From NCBI GenBank assembly GCA_001643675.2, contig LSRY02000026.1, forward strand, positions 62,001-126,000: DNA of 64,000 bases, given 5' to 3'. The stretch is from Monocercomonoides exilis PA203 (taxonomy: Eukaryota > Protista > Preaxostyla). The position numbers and the translations under genes are program-made. The notes beneath the pieces are model-generated. The model saw only the letters and a list, made by a program, of their open reading frames with translations, searched no databases and was not told the origin of the DNA. Positions 47,786 to 60,816 of the stretch are shown in pieces (the stretch's first letter is position 1; the number at the start of each line of letters is the position of its first letter).

Positions 47786-50325
47786 CCGTTAGTGCCAAAG
47801 CCGATCCTTGGTGCGAAACCCGATCCTTTTAAATATGCTGATATCGAAATATTTGAAAATAAATTCTCATCAATGCAATTAAAAAAATAAAAACATGATA
47901 AATTTACACAATAATCATCATTAATCCATATTTTGCAAAGAAGAAATTACAACTCCATGAAATGATTAATGAAATAAAAAAGAAAGAATATCATTTCAAT
48001 TTCTTACACAAGGAAAAAATAATATCATATTTGAGTTATAGAAAGAAATTGACACAAAAAACGATGATAAATATCAAGTAATGCAAAAAGTTGTAACGAA
48101 AAACAGTTATTGGGATTTTCAATTCGATCATGACCCATATAACATGAGCAACAAAACATATCTCTCTCCTCTTCAACTTCATCGCGAACTTGCATCCAGC
48201 AAATATCGTTCCATTCCTTCAACAATGAAAAAAAATATTTTCAATTCGAAATGATTATTCACTGAAATGGCAAACTGCTGTGAATGAAAAACTTAAATCC
48301 AAAGGAGCTTGGTTCATGGGAATCAAAGCGCAAAAGGAAGGAAGGGATATTGGAGTTGATGGGCATCCTTTAACAATTTATTAACGACAGCTCGAAATAA
48401 TAGAAAATCAAGTTCTTGTGAAGTTGTCAGAACAGGAAACTGTTAGAGTTCATGACGTTCAAAACATGATTTGATTCGTTTTTGACTTTTTTTTTTAATT
48501 ATTCATTATTTTGAGTGCGTGGACATTCTCGAAAAGGATTCAACAGATGAAAACGAGCTAAGAAAAACAAACGTAAAATATGCATGCAAGTTGTTTAAAA
48601 GGAGTGAAATTATACATGCAACAGTATCGAGACCTAATGAGTTATCAAAAATAGCAGCTCAATCTCCAGAGAATGTGAGACAATGGTTTGGAGAATTGTT
48701 GGACGTTATTTGCAAGAATTTCATTGGTTCATTGCGAATATTTTAAATTGTTGAATCTTCGTTGAATTTGAGTGAACGCACAAGCAAACTTGTTGTTTGT
48801 CTAAAAAATCATATTCTGCCTGCTTCAACAGCTCCTCTAAAAGTGCCAAATTAAAAGTTGTGCTTATGTGTATGTGCGGATGGATCCTCTCCAAGAAAAT
48901 TTCTTCTTTGTCAGATGAAAAGTTTACCACAAGAATTTTCTAAACTTACGTCTATCGATATTGAAGTTCTTCCTTCCTCATCTGGATGGATTACCGAAAA
49001 AAAAATTTTTTTTGAAGAATCATGATCAATAGCTGGATTTCCTGGATCGTGTTCAAAGTTAAGCCAACCACTACACATAAAGCCCTGTTCTTGATGGATA
49101 ATCATATTTCTCATACAGATGATTCTGTTTCAAGATCGGCTGAGGAACACAACATAATAATAAAATTCTTTCATCCCAACATGACTCATCTTTTACAGCC
49201 ATGTGATTCATGCATCTTCTCTCGTTTGAAAACAACGCTTTATAACAAATTTCTAATTCCTTCTCCGTTTTCAATCCATTCATACAGAGCATCACTTGCG
49301 GACACTCTCCCTGAAGCAGTAGCTGCAGCAACAAAGCCTTCCACAATCAAATCAGCGTTCATTAAAAGTGGGGTTTGGCCAGTTGCGGAAGCCCCAGTTT
49401 TGGATCGAATATCTGGATCTCCAATACAAATTCAAAAATGCAATTCAAAAACTTCTGTTTCATCCCGAGATTGGAGAGAAGAGTTGTTTGGGAAATATTC
49501 TCCTCAAATCGACAAACAATTGTCTTCTTCACAATCTTCAAAGCATTCATCTGTGAAAGATTCTGCAATAACAAAAGAACCGACAACATTGATCGTTAAT
49601 CACAGAAAATTTTCGACAAACGAAAATTCCATTGAAGGAAAAACATCAAAAGAAGCTAATGAGATGGATGAATCTGAGCTAATGAAACAAATTGAATCAA
49701 CAAAAGAGCATTTGCATTTTTTTCAAAAGCAGCTTGCGAAAATTGGAAAACCAACTTCATCTTCTTCTGAAAAGAAACGAAAGAATAAACATAGTCGACA
49801 AGAACTTAATGAATTGATGATTATAGAACCTGCAAAGGAAAAAAAGGCTTCGAGAAAAAATGCAAAGAGAATGATTGAAATACTTAAAGACGATGAAAAA
49901 GAAGTGAAATCAACTTCAAAAAATGAAAACAGAGATTTTGATCACCCTCCCAGAGAAATTTCTCCTTCATTAAATTCGAAAGAGAAACGCATTAGAGAAA
50001 CATACTACAGTAAATACAACTGCAGTATAAAACTCCAGTCTTCACACCATCTTGATGAATAAATTTGAAGTTTTCTTTTATTGGAATTACTTCATATCGA
50101 TTATTTTTAACCATTCCAATAATAAAACAAAAACAAAATGTATTTTCTTTGTTAATTATTTCATTTGATAATTACTAAATATGTTGCCAAATACCTGGTT
50201 CCAACGAATAGTTAAATACATTTTGCTTTTTGTTGAAGAAATATTAGACAACTTCGTAAAATGATCGCATTCTCTCTCTCTTTTGGTTCGGGTTTCGCAC
50301 CAAGGATCTGCTTTGGTACTGACTG
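47786..50325 (+). mobile_element. pogo-like (Tc1/mariner superfamily) DNA transposon with 41-bp TIRs and TA TSD
   Basis: The left end is TA|ccgttagtgccaaagccgatccttggtgcgaaacccgatcc and the right end, reverse-complemented, is TA|cagtcagtaccaaagcagatccttggtgcgaaacccgaacc (5 mismatches in 41). Confidence 0.9.
48260..50062 (+). pseudogene. Decayed DDE_1-type (DD35D) transposase
   Basis: ORF 49022-50062 has LFLMDNHISH...HPNMTHLLQPCD...F..LK with 35 residues between the second and third Asp. The upstream part is broken by stops and frameshifts (first-Asp region reads IF*IVESSL near 48740-48765). Confidence 0.85.
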
Positions 50326-50447
50326 TATTTTGTGAATAGAATAAAAAAGAAAAATATAATTTTGGAGTTTCAAAAATTGAAAAATATAAAGATTGAAAAT
50401 TGAAAAAGACAGTTTTTGAGTCGCAAAATATAATAAAATAAATCTGG

Positions 50448-51901
50448 TTAAGCATTCACAAAATAATTTGAAATATCTAACGATAATTCATTATGGAAAC
50501 TTTCGTTGAGAGAATCAAATATTTCATAAATACCAGTGATGGTATCTTCGTATCCTTCTTCTTCCATCCTTTCAAATATCTCCATTTTCATTGTCTTTCT
50601 TTTAACTTCTTCCATTTCATCATCCTCCTTTTCTTTCAATCGATTTGAAACATTCGTAAAGAATTGCAAGCAATAAAATAACATTCTATCATCCACTGTT
50701 CGTCGCTGCATCTCCTCCAAAACAGCATCTACTGCTCCACTTTTCAGAAAGTCATCAATTTCCACATTTCTATTTTCTGAGGCACTTCTCAAGGAATAAA
50801 TGCACCATCTCCGAATTTCTCCTTGATTATCTTTTGCTATTCGAAATATCTGAACAATACTTCCGATAAGCCCTGAGCATTCTTCATTCCACAATTGACA
50901 ACTGCTAATAAAAATCTCAAGTGTTTGGATCCATCTCCGAATTACAAGCACTTCATTCGCCTCTTCTTTGCTCATTTCCTCAAATTTATTCTTCCAATTC
51001 AAGCACTTTGTTAGCTCTTCCAGTTCTCTTGCTGCCTCTCTTCCGAAATGCAGCTCATTCACAATAGCATCTTCCAAGAATCCATTGGTGGAAAATCTAT
51101 ATATAAAAAATTGCCAAGCAGACTGAAAGGCAAGTTTTGAAAGATTTCTGCGTTTCTGTTGATGTTTGATGACTTCTGTTATTTCCTTCAAATATAGTTC
51201 TTGTTTCATTTCCTAATCAGAAATAAGAAGGGAAAAAAGCAAGCATAATAAAAATGAAACAGAAATGCTCATACATAATATCCCATTTCGCTTAAAGCCA
51301 GCAAAGCCATTTCATTTTCTTTTCGAGTCTCCTCGCTTTCCTCTTTCTTTGAGGCAGCTTTCAGAAGGCAAGGCATACAGATTGAAATCGATTCCAACGA
51401 AATCCATCCGTTCAGAAAAACACAGCATTCGCAAAGATCAGTTAGTAAATATTCATCCTTTTCTTCGCTTTTCTTCTTATTTTCAATGGCAATCATCTTC
51501 TCAAATCTATCATCCATTGAAGATGTTTTAGAGCTATAAATCCATATATTTTTCATCGCAATGCAATATCCAGCATGTTTCAGCAGCAAAATTGTATTTT
51601 CTATTGACATTTTCTTTTCTTCAATCATTTTGTCCATTTTGTTGAACAGCTCTATTGTGAAAACAGAATCGAATTCTTCTTCATTCATTCCATTAACTAT
51701 TTCATTCAATTCTTCAATTTTCTGTTTCTGTTCTTCATTTTCGTAAATTTCAAGCTCAGAAAACAAATCTTCCATAAATTTATTAATTACCGAAACGCTG
51801 AACATTCAAAAAATAGAAAAAATTCACAAACTTGAAATTTTATCTTCAAGAGACGGCTCCTGGATATCATTATTGGATTTTCCTTTATTACTCATTTCCA
51901 T
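50448..51901 (-). CDS. Uncharacterised helical (ARM-like) family protein, copy 2, three exons
   Basis: Reads MEMSNKGK...KIS|NLFSELEIY...MGYY|EMKQELYLKE...YFVNA, with GT-AG introns at the same positions as the paralogues and an ARM-like KSGAVDAVLEE segment. Confidence 0.8.
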
Positions 51902-52534
51902 TCTGTCTATTATTAGCAAAGATCAATTTGCAGCAAAATTTCAAATGAAAAACAGAAAAGCAATAACAAAATACATTGATGATTGTTGACAAAACAAAGA
52001 TAAAAGCCAAACTCAATTCCTTTGTCTTGTAAAAATTTGTGGAAAAAAATCACAAAGAAGCCAACGATATGGGCTAAATTGAGTCAAAGACGAAAGAGTT
52101 TAATTTCTGTCTGATCGAACCAACAATAATTCATTTCATGGAAATGGATAGATTTTCGATTGAAAACTTTGAACATGTTGGGATATATTCCACATATAGT
52201 TGACATCAAATATCATAATTTTTCTATTTTAACATTCTGAGTGGAACAAAGAAGGGGATATTTGGTGCTTTTTTGAACTTTACAAAAAAGTGACAAAAAA
52301 GAAGCAGTTTGTTTATTAATGTGTGCACACTTCATTCTCCTCCAAATTAAAATTCAAACATAAATATTACACTTATTTCCCTCACATTTGGAGTTATCTG
52401 GAAGCTTTCTTTGTCAGAAATGATTTTTTCTGTTATTTCAAAGTGTTTGCAAGTTTCTGCGCATATTTCAAATTTTATGTGTTGAAAAAAAATTTTGATA
52501 TATCAGGATGATTTTGTTATTTGTTCGTTTCTAG

Positions 52535-54797
52535 AGTGGGCCATCCAGGCAGAACGAAGATTGATGGAGGGAATCAAGCTTTCAACAATTCGCAGTTTTT
52601 TTGATGATTGGGCGCATGATTACTGAACGCATAATGGAGCAACATCAAGGCAACAATGGACAGCATCGTTTATCGAGCATTGAAAGAGATTCTATTACAA
52701 AAGGCTTAGAGGATGAGAGAAGATGAACAAAACTCGAGATGGCAAAAGAAGATTGATGCGAAATGCTAAATCAAGCTCATACGGAATTTTGAGTAAGTTT
52801 AAATCTGTCAAAAACTTCATGGTGATGCCGCTTAATGTGTATTTATCGGTAAAGACGCTTGTTGCATTTTGTTGAAAGTCATCATTTTTGGTCGTTTTGA
52901 TGGTTATTGTTGATTCGACAATTTCGGCGTGGATTTCAAGACAAAGGATGAAGCAAATCGAACAATGTCGAAATGAATCTGACAAAACGGAACAGACTAC
53001 GATTGAGGTATTTGATCAAATGAAGATGAATTATCCAAATAAAGTTGTATTTTTGCTATATTTTTTTAAAAAAATAATTATTAAAGAAAGAAAGACAGAA
53101 AGAAATCATTCAAAATGAAAATAAATCGAACTTTTTCAGCAATGATAATTTTATATTTTATCTTTCCGATTTTCTTTCTCTTTTTTTATTAATTCTTTCA
53201 CAATTTGTTGATATAATTTTTTTCAAGCTTCTTTGAAATTTCTCTTAAAATCGATTTTGTATTCAGATTTTCTTCATAACAATCGAATGCATCGCTCAGC
53301 TGCATGCCGATGCATTCACACTCACCATGCTCATTTCCCTGAACCTCTGTCAGCATCTGCCTTTTGAAAGTGTTTGTCTTGTTTCCTTCGACAAGCACAA
53401 CTCAGCCACTCAGATACATATTGGATGGTATGTCATCATCGCTGAACAGCATCTGAATGGAAAAGAGTGACATCAAATAGAATGGAGATTGTGCTTCAGT
53501 CAGCTAGTCTGCTGAGTCTGCTAACAGATGCGAAGGGGAAGGAGAAAAAGAAGAAGAAGAAGAAGAAGAGAATAGAGTTATTAAGCCGTTTGGAATGAGA
53601 GCGGAGGAAATGGAGGGAGTTGAGGGAAGGAAATGAAGAAAAAGAAGAGAAAGATTAATTACGATCATCACCAACTATTTTACAACTTCTTCTTCTTATT
53701 GTTACTCTCATCTAACCTCCTTAATCCACCTCTCTCGCTTCTCCTTCATCAGTCATTTTCCTTTTCCTCTTCCCATCCTCCACAGCATCACCCTCTCTTC
53801 CCCAATACATTCCCACGTTCTCCTCTTCTTCCCTTTTGGCTGTGGCAAGTCAGAACTGCTTGCGTCAATTCTGGGAGAGACAATCTGTTTGGAAGGAAAA
53901 GAGTTATTAGAGAGTGAAGGTGGCTGATGTGCCTCGGGTGTGTAGGTTAGAAAGTATAAAAGAAAATTATTTTTTATAAATTATTTTATATTTTGAATTT
54001 TTTCATATATTTCTAAAACAATGATAAACTTCTTGTACATCATTTCTTTTATTGAACTGATTCTTTTCCTTCTCCTTATAATATTCATCGTATGCCCATC
54101 CCTCTCTCTTTCTCATTCAGATTCCCTTCATCTTCAGCAACACTGTTAAATCCAACATCCTCTTCCACATTCCCTTTGACCCCGTCCGCTACGCTCGTGC
54201 CATTCAATCAAACTGTCTGGAACAAGACTTGTCTATTCTTCCCTTCGGAAATGAAGCAGAAGTGTGCGAAAGAGGATACCACCTGTCTGGCGAACAGCGT
54301 GTGAGGATATCTCTTGCGCAGGCAGTCTATTCATCAGATGAGGTGTTTGTGTTGGATGACATTTTTTGTGGGTGTTAAATGAGCAATGTTAAGAAGATGA
54401 TAGTGAACAAATTGCAATCAATCATCTGCTTTAAATATAAGACTATCTTGTCATCACACACCACACGAAATATCTGCCTTATTTTGGTACAGTAATTGTG
54501 ATGGAGAAATACTGAAGAATCAGAAAGACAGGGAAGGCAGAGGAGTTTAAGGGGATTGTGAAGGAGATTGGCGTGTTGGTTGAGGAGAATGAAGATGGTA
54601 TTGAAGAAGAAGAGGTGGAAGGAGAAAGGGAAAACACGAAAGATGATTATTAAAGCAAATGCGATGAGAAGAATAAAATTTCAATTGATGTTTCTTCATC
54701 ATCATCATCATCTTCTTCTTCTTCTCCTCCTCCTTCTTCTCCTTCTTCTCCTTCTTCTCCTTCTTCTCCTTCTTCTCCTTCTCCTTCTCCTTCTCCT

Positions 54798-54828
<31 letters not shown>

Positions 54829-55470
54829 TTTTTTTTTCTCATTCTTTCACTTACTCACATGTTATTCAATCACACATTGCAATGGCACATCAACACACAA
54901 AGCAAAGAATGATAGAATCAATTTTAATATTGATTGAGATAATTAAAAGTAATTAGTCGCATTTCCCGCATGCTGAAAGAATCAAAGCATTTCTTCTTTT
55001 GAAGCCACGCTCAAAAAAAGCCAGGCAACAAGCAATTGAAAAAACGTTCACAGAAGGAGATGTTTCAAGGCAGGAAGATCGTCTTCAAACGACAAGCAGA
55101 ATATTCAACAAGTTGACATCTTTTGTTGAGCAAAGCAACGAATACGATGCCAGCGATGAATGAGAAGGAGATGGAGAAGAAGGAGAAGAGTGCATCGTAT
55201 AACCATTCCATAGTATTCATTTCGATTTGCTGCGAAAGGATTGAATTGAAGGCGAGAACACATGAAGAGGAATGACATATGCTTGATTTTGCTATTTGCA
55301 TCTTTGTCTTTTCAACAATTGGTTTTTTATTTCGCAATTTATCTGTTGTCTGTTTCTTTCTTTTTATCTTCATCGACAATCATATTTTGATGTATTCGAA
55401 GCGATTTCAGACTTTTCTGGGAAAGCATTCCAATAGTTTCAAACACATTTCACAGAATCGTTTGTGATTC
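52535..55470 (+). pseudogene. ABCC/MRP-type ABC transporter pseudogene
   Basis: Walker A PFGCGKSELLASILGE from 53832. LEQDLSILPFGNEAEVCERGYHLSGEQRVRISLAQAVYSSDEVFVLDD (signature and Walker B) at ~54217-54360, then the H-loop LVITHHTKYLP. TMD1-like remnant at 52888-53030. Many stops and frameshifts; the outer limits are approximate. Confidence 0.8.
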
Positions 55471-56016
55471 GACAGCAAGGAAGAAAATTCTATGTTTTGC
55501 TGTGCCCCTTCAATTGCTGTGCCTGTTCACTTATTTGAGAAGCATTTATTCATTCTGCGTCTCAGCAAAAATATAATTTGTTTTTTTTCTTTCACCAATA
55601 TAAACAAGATGATAATTTTCTTTTTTGTGGGGCTGCACAAGAAACAAACTATTGAGCATCTTTTGGAATTTTGTCTCTTTTCGTTTTGTCAATCTGCCTC
55701 TGAATTCATTTTCTTAACTTCGAATTTCAAGAAAAAAACAATAATACTCTCATTTTCATCCGCTCCAAATAATATCTGAGTTTCTTTTCATTAATTCCAT
55801 ATTTTTTCTTCCTGAAAGTTTGATATCGAGATATTCAAAAAAAAAAACGTAAAAAAAGCCAAAAATGACTTATATTAAGGCAAAATGATCAATGGGCAAT
55901 TCTATTTCCTGCTTTTCCCGAAAAGCAATTGACGTTGGTCCTGCTTACACTTTGCTTTCCGATACAAACGCATCGTTTGCGCTTATTCATTTTCCTTCTT
56001 TGTGAAGCACTTTTCC

Positions 56017-57503
56017 ATGCAAACTAAACATGCTGTTTTGGCAATTAGAATGAAAGCCGGCTTTGATGATGAGGCAGAAGCTGGAATCCAAGAACCGCCT
56101 GTTACGCATTTGTTTTCAAGTTCACTCATTTTTCCTTCAAATTTTATTGACGTGAAATTTCGCATTTTTTTGAATATTTGTTGAAGGATTATTCGCTGAA
56201 CTGGAGCATTGCAGAAAAAGTAAACGAAAAGCTAAAATCGAAGAAATGAAAATACTTGCAGATAAAATGGATAAAGATGAACTCAAAACTGTTTTCACAA
56301 CCGAACTGTTCAACAAAATACACCAAATGATAGAAAAAAAGAAGATTGATTTGGAGAATGCCATTCTGTTGCTGAAGCACATTGGATATTACAAGGTGCT
56401 GAAAGGAATTAGTCTTGATGGCTTTGGAATTTCTTTGTTGAACAGAAGATTTGAAAAGATGATTTTTGAAGAAGATCAGAAAAAAGAAGGGGAAAATGAA
56501 AAGCTGCTATCTGACCTTTGTGAATGCTATATGTCCTTAAGTTTCTTCTTCCAAACTGAAATGCTTCGCATTTGTGTGCCATGCGTTCTGAAAGTCGCAT
56601 TGAAGAAAGAAGAAGAGGAGGAGGCACAAAAAGATGCGGAAATGGCTTTATTGACTTTTAGGAACATTGACATATATTACGTATGCGCAAGCCTATTTAA
56701 TTTTTTTCATTATTGATTGATTTCATATTTTTGATTAGGTAGTGATTGAAGAGCTGTATATGAAGGAAATGATGGAAATTATGAAATATCATCAAAAGCA
56801 CCGCAATCTGACACGGCATGCATATCAGTCTGCTTGGGAATTTTTGATGGGCAGATTATACAACAACAAAAGCTTTGAAGAAGTTTTTGTGAATGAACTG
56901 CATTTTGCAAGAGAAGCATCGAGAGAGTTGGAACAGCTGATTCAACGTGTTGATTGGAAGAGAGCAGAAGAGGAAAGAGGAAAAGAGGGAAAAGAGACAA
57001 AAGAAGAGTGGACTTTGATGAGATGGCTCAACGTGATTAGTCCTTATATATTGGAATGCAAATTGTGGAATGAGGAACTTGTCGAACTGATTGGAAGCAT
57101 TGTGAATGTCTATCGAACAGCTAAGAATAATTTCCAAGGTATTAGCTGCCAATGCTTTACAATATTACAAAAATTAAAATATAACAAAACAGTGAAAATT
57201 GAGGATTTGCTGAAAAGCGGAGCTGTTGATGTTTTTTTGGAGGTAATCGTCCAATTTGATGTGAAAAAAAAATTAGTTATTGATTGTATGAGGTATTTCG
57301 AAATTATTTGTGATAGATTGAAGAGTAAGAACGAAAAAGAAAACGAAGAAATAAAACGAAAAGGGATGAAAAGAAAAATGCATGAAAAAACAGAGGAAGA
57401 AGGGTACGAAGATTGCATCATCGGAATACACCATTTCATTAAAAAATTATTCAATTCCCATTTTTTTATTGATGATATTGATCAATATTTTGTTTATTGC
57501 TGA
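56017..57503 (+). CDS. Uncharacterised helical (ARM-like) family protein, copy 3, three exons
   Basis: Exons 56017(or 56050)-56119, 56187-56680 and 56739-57503 join in frame through GT-AG introns. Confidence 0.82.
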
Positions 57504-57641
57504 AAATATGTTTACTTATTTATTTATTTTCATCACATAAGTTTTTGAACAAAATATTTGAACAAATTTTTTTCCTGTGATCGAGAATGGTTTTGTTTTC
57601 TTTTTCAAAAAATTAATTCATTCGATACATTAGATACAATA

Positions 57642-58045
57642 GATACAATGCAGATTAAATTGGGAAATTTGAATTCATGGAGGTTTTTTTTAATAACTCT
57701 ATGTCAATTTGAATAAAGACCACTTAATTTAAATTAAAGGGTGAAAATTAAAAATTAAAACGAGATATTTTATTAGAAAAGATCATGCGAATTAATAGTA
57801 TGTGTGCGAAATGAAAATAAAACAATCAAAAAACATTAACAAAAATAAAGTGGAAATAAAAAAAATAACAAACCTTTTTTGACTGTCTTTTTAACCAAAA
57901 CTTGAAAATTCTAAGGTCGTTTGTTAACACGCTTAAATAAAATAAATGATAAATAAATAATATGTCAACAAGGTGAAATAAATATGTTTTTTGTTTTATG
58001 TGAAGAATAATTCATTTTAAAAAATCATTTTCATCGTTTTTGCTA
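57642..58045 (+). repeat. Dispersed AT-rich repeat, copy B, followed by a foldback-family right-end relic at 58074-58097
   Basis: Aligns with 39010-39420. accgacgtaaataactgaccgata resembles accgataaataactgacccta at 38761-38781. Confidence 0.7.
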
Positions 58046-58219
58046 AAAAAAAAAAAATAAAAAATAAAAAACAACCGACGTAAATAACTGACCGATACGA
58101 TTCCAAAACACACAATTTATCTCTGAAGTTTGATAGAAAAATAACATTGTATCAACGAATGAAAAAATTTTGATAAAAAAAATTTGTTTTGATCTAAAAT
58201 ACCATTTATTGTTGAAAAG

Positions 58220-60816
58220 ATGATACTTCCGTTATTTGTTTCATTTCTATATTATTTTAATGGAATTTGTGCTTATTCTAACGAAGAACAAATAAAAATT
58301 ACTCTTATCCACACAACTGATAGTTTGTAATTATTTTTACATTTATATTTGTGGAATTATTCTCATCCCGGCTTTTCTTTTCTCAATATAATTGCAAACA
58401 AGTTCACGGTTGGATTAATGGGCATTTCCATGACAAGAATTATAGAGCAGATTTAGGAGATATTGAAAGCTTTGTAGAACATAAGAAACTCGGAGCAGGG
58501 CCGAATGAATATGTGTTTTTTTTCGATACTGGAGATCTTTCGCAAGTATTTTTTTGTTCATTTTATGAGTACCCTTTTATCTTTTGTGTATTTCTCTCCA
58601 AATTTAAATTAGGGAACCGGACTAAGTGATGCTTCTCCGATTCAAGGAGAGTTTGTTTTTGAAACAATAAAGCGAATGTCATACGATGGACTTTCCATCG
58701 GAAATCATGAACTTTCTTCGGAATCTTGCATTGATCATATTGTTGATGACTTTGCTCCTTTTTTTAATGGAAAGTTTGCTTTTATCAGAAAAAAATGCAA
58801 AATTTTGATTATTTTCCAAAAAATACACATAGGTACCTTGGATGGAACGTAAAGCATGTTGATGTGAATAGAAAAATTACTGACAAGTATCGCTTTATTG
58901 AACTGCCAAATAATCAAGGGAAAATTCTTGTTGCTGGATTTGTGTACAATATGCCTAGCAGTGCAAAGAATGTTATCGTAACAAAAATAGAAAGTATCCT
59001 AACTGACGAAGAATGGGAAGAGATAGCCAATGAAAAAGACATTGTACTGATGGTTATGTTGTGCCACATCGCTACCGATGCAGATGAGCTGACGAATTTG
59101 GACGAGTTTTTGTCTGGAAAGTTCAAAGATATACCAAAAGTGTATTTGACAGGCCATTCGCATATGAAGCGAGACAGAGCTATGAAAGATGGAATGCTTG
59201 CGGTTGAAAGCGGGTGCTACGGCGAGAACTTGGGCATTGTGGAAGTTTCGATCCCGAAAAAGCCAGCAGCAGAAGAAGGAAAGGACGATTCATTTGCCGA
59301 AGCGAATGAAGTATCGATGGCGCACCGGTGGGTGGACTGGGACGAAGAGCAGCTGCGGAGCGAGTTGGGAATGAAAGGGTCGTTCCTGACTGAAAAAGGA
59401 TACCAGATCAAGCAGGCGATGAAGGCGAAGGCGGAGGAGTACGAGCTGTTTGGTGTGTTGGGCTGTTCGGAGATGGCGCTGACGGACAATGCGGAGCCGA
59501 AGGAAGGCGAAAGGAGCATTTACGACTTTATGATTGGGGATGTGCTGCCGACGATCACAAACTTCAGGCAGAAGCAGGACAGACACGAGGGGACAACACC
59601 GAAGAACTTCTTCTTCATTGGCATGTACACACTCAGAGGTTTGAATGAAATTAAGTTTATTATTATTATAATTATTATTATGCTTATTTTGACTTGTGTA
59701 TAATGATTCATATATCTATTTCATTTATTCATTTATTCGATTATTCTTTTTCTCTATCTCTATCTCCCCTCTTCCCACCCCCAGCGCCCATCTACAAAGA
59801 TGTGTTTATCACTGACGATGTCTTCTGCATTGACCCCTTCAACAACACGTGGAGTGTCATTCCCGATGTTCCTGGCAGCCTTCTGATTGAACTCATCAAC
59901 GCTGTCAATCCACCGGAATTGAGAGAAAGCAATACTTCTTCTTCTTCTTCCTCCTCCTTCTCATTATCATCATCTTCGTCATCTTCATTGATTTCTTCTT
60001 CTTCTTCTTATTCTTATTCTTCTAAATACAATTCATTTTATTCTCCTCAATTTGAGCATCGCCATCACGGCACTGTTAAAAGGAATTTTGTGACGTCCAA
60101 CGAGAAAGTCGATGCAGAAGCAGTATATGACATCGTTGCCTCTTCTTATGACACGAATAAACTTCTGGTTTGAATTATAAATTGTTATTGTTATTTTTGT
60201 CTCGTTATTTTTTGGAATTGTGGTTGATGGCAATGATGTGATTTATGTCAATGCAATAAATAAATAAACAAATAAATAAACCGATATATTCAAAATTAAT
60301 TCTTGAATTTTGATCTCTTTGAATATTTAATTTATTAATCTTTTTTTTTATAATATTTATTTTTTCAGAAAGCACTGGAAGATCTGACTGCTGACAAATA
60401 CAAAGCGAAAGACACGAATGTTCAAGTGAGACCTCTGCTCAAGTCATACGTGGGGCTGCATTGGCAATGGTTTGTATTCGTTTTTAATTGGTTGATTTGT
60501 ATTTGAAAGGAAATTTTACTATTTTTCATTTTTATGAATGCTTTTATTGTTATTGTTCATTTTCTATTTAAAAAATTTGAATATTTTTCTTTTTCTTTTC
60601 TTCATTTTTTAATTTATTTTTATGAATGAATTTCATTTTTATTTATTTATTTATTTATTTATTTTATTTCCCTCATTTTTCTCCTCCAGTCCTGTTGACA
60701 AACTCGACGGTCAGCGCACACTTGTTCTGATGATAGCGCCTGTTGTCTCTGTTCTTGTCATCGCTGTCATTGCTCTTGTGTCTCAGCTGTGTGGAATGAA
60801 GAGGAAGATCATGTAA
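58220..60816 (+). CDS. Calcineurin-like metallophosphoesterase / 5'-nucleotidase (YHR202W-like) with signal peptide and C-terminal TM, seven exons
   Basis: Exons 58220-58322, 58403-58545, 58613-58773, 58833-59638, 59785-60167, 60369-60469 and 60690-60816 splice in frame. Motifs HTTDIHGW, DTGD...GLSD, GNHE, CH, GHSH, ESG.YGE and PFNN. Confidence 0.88.
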
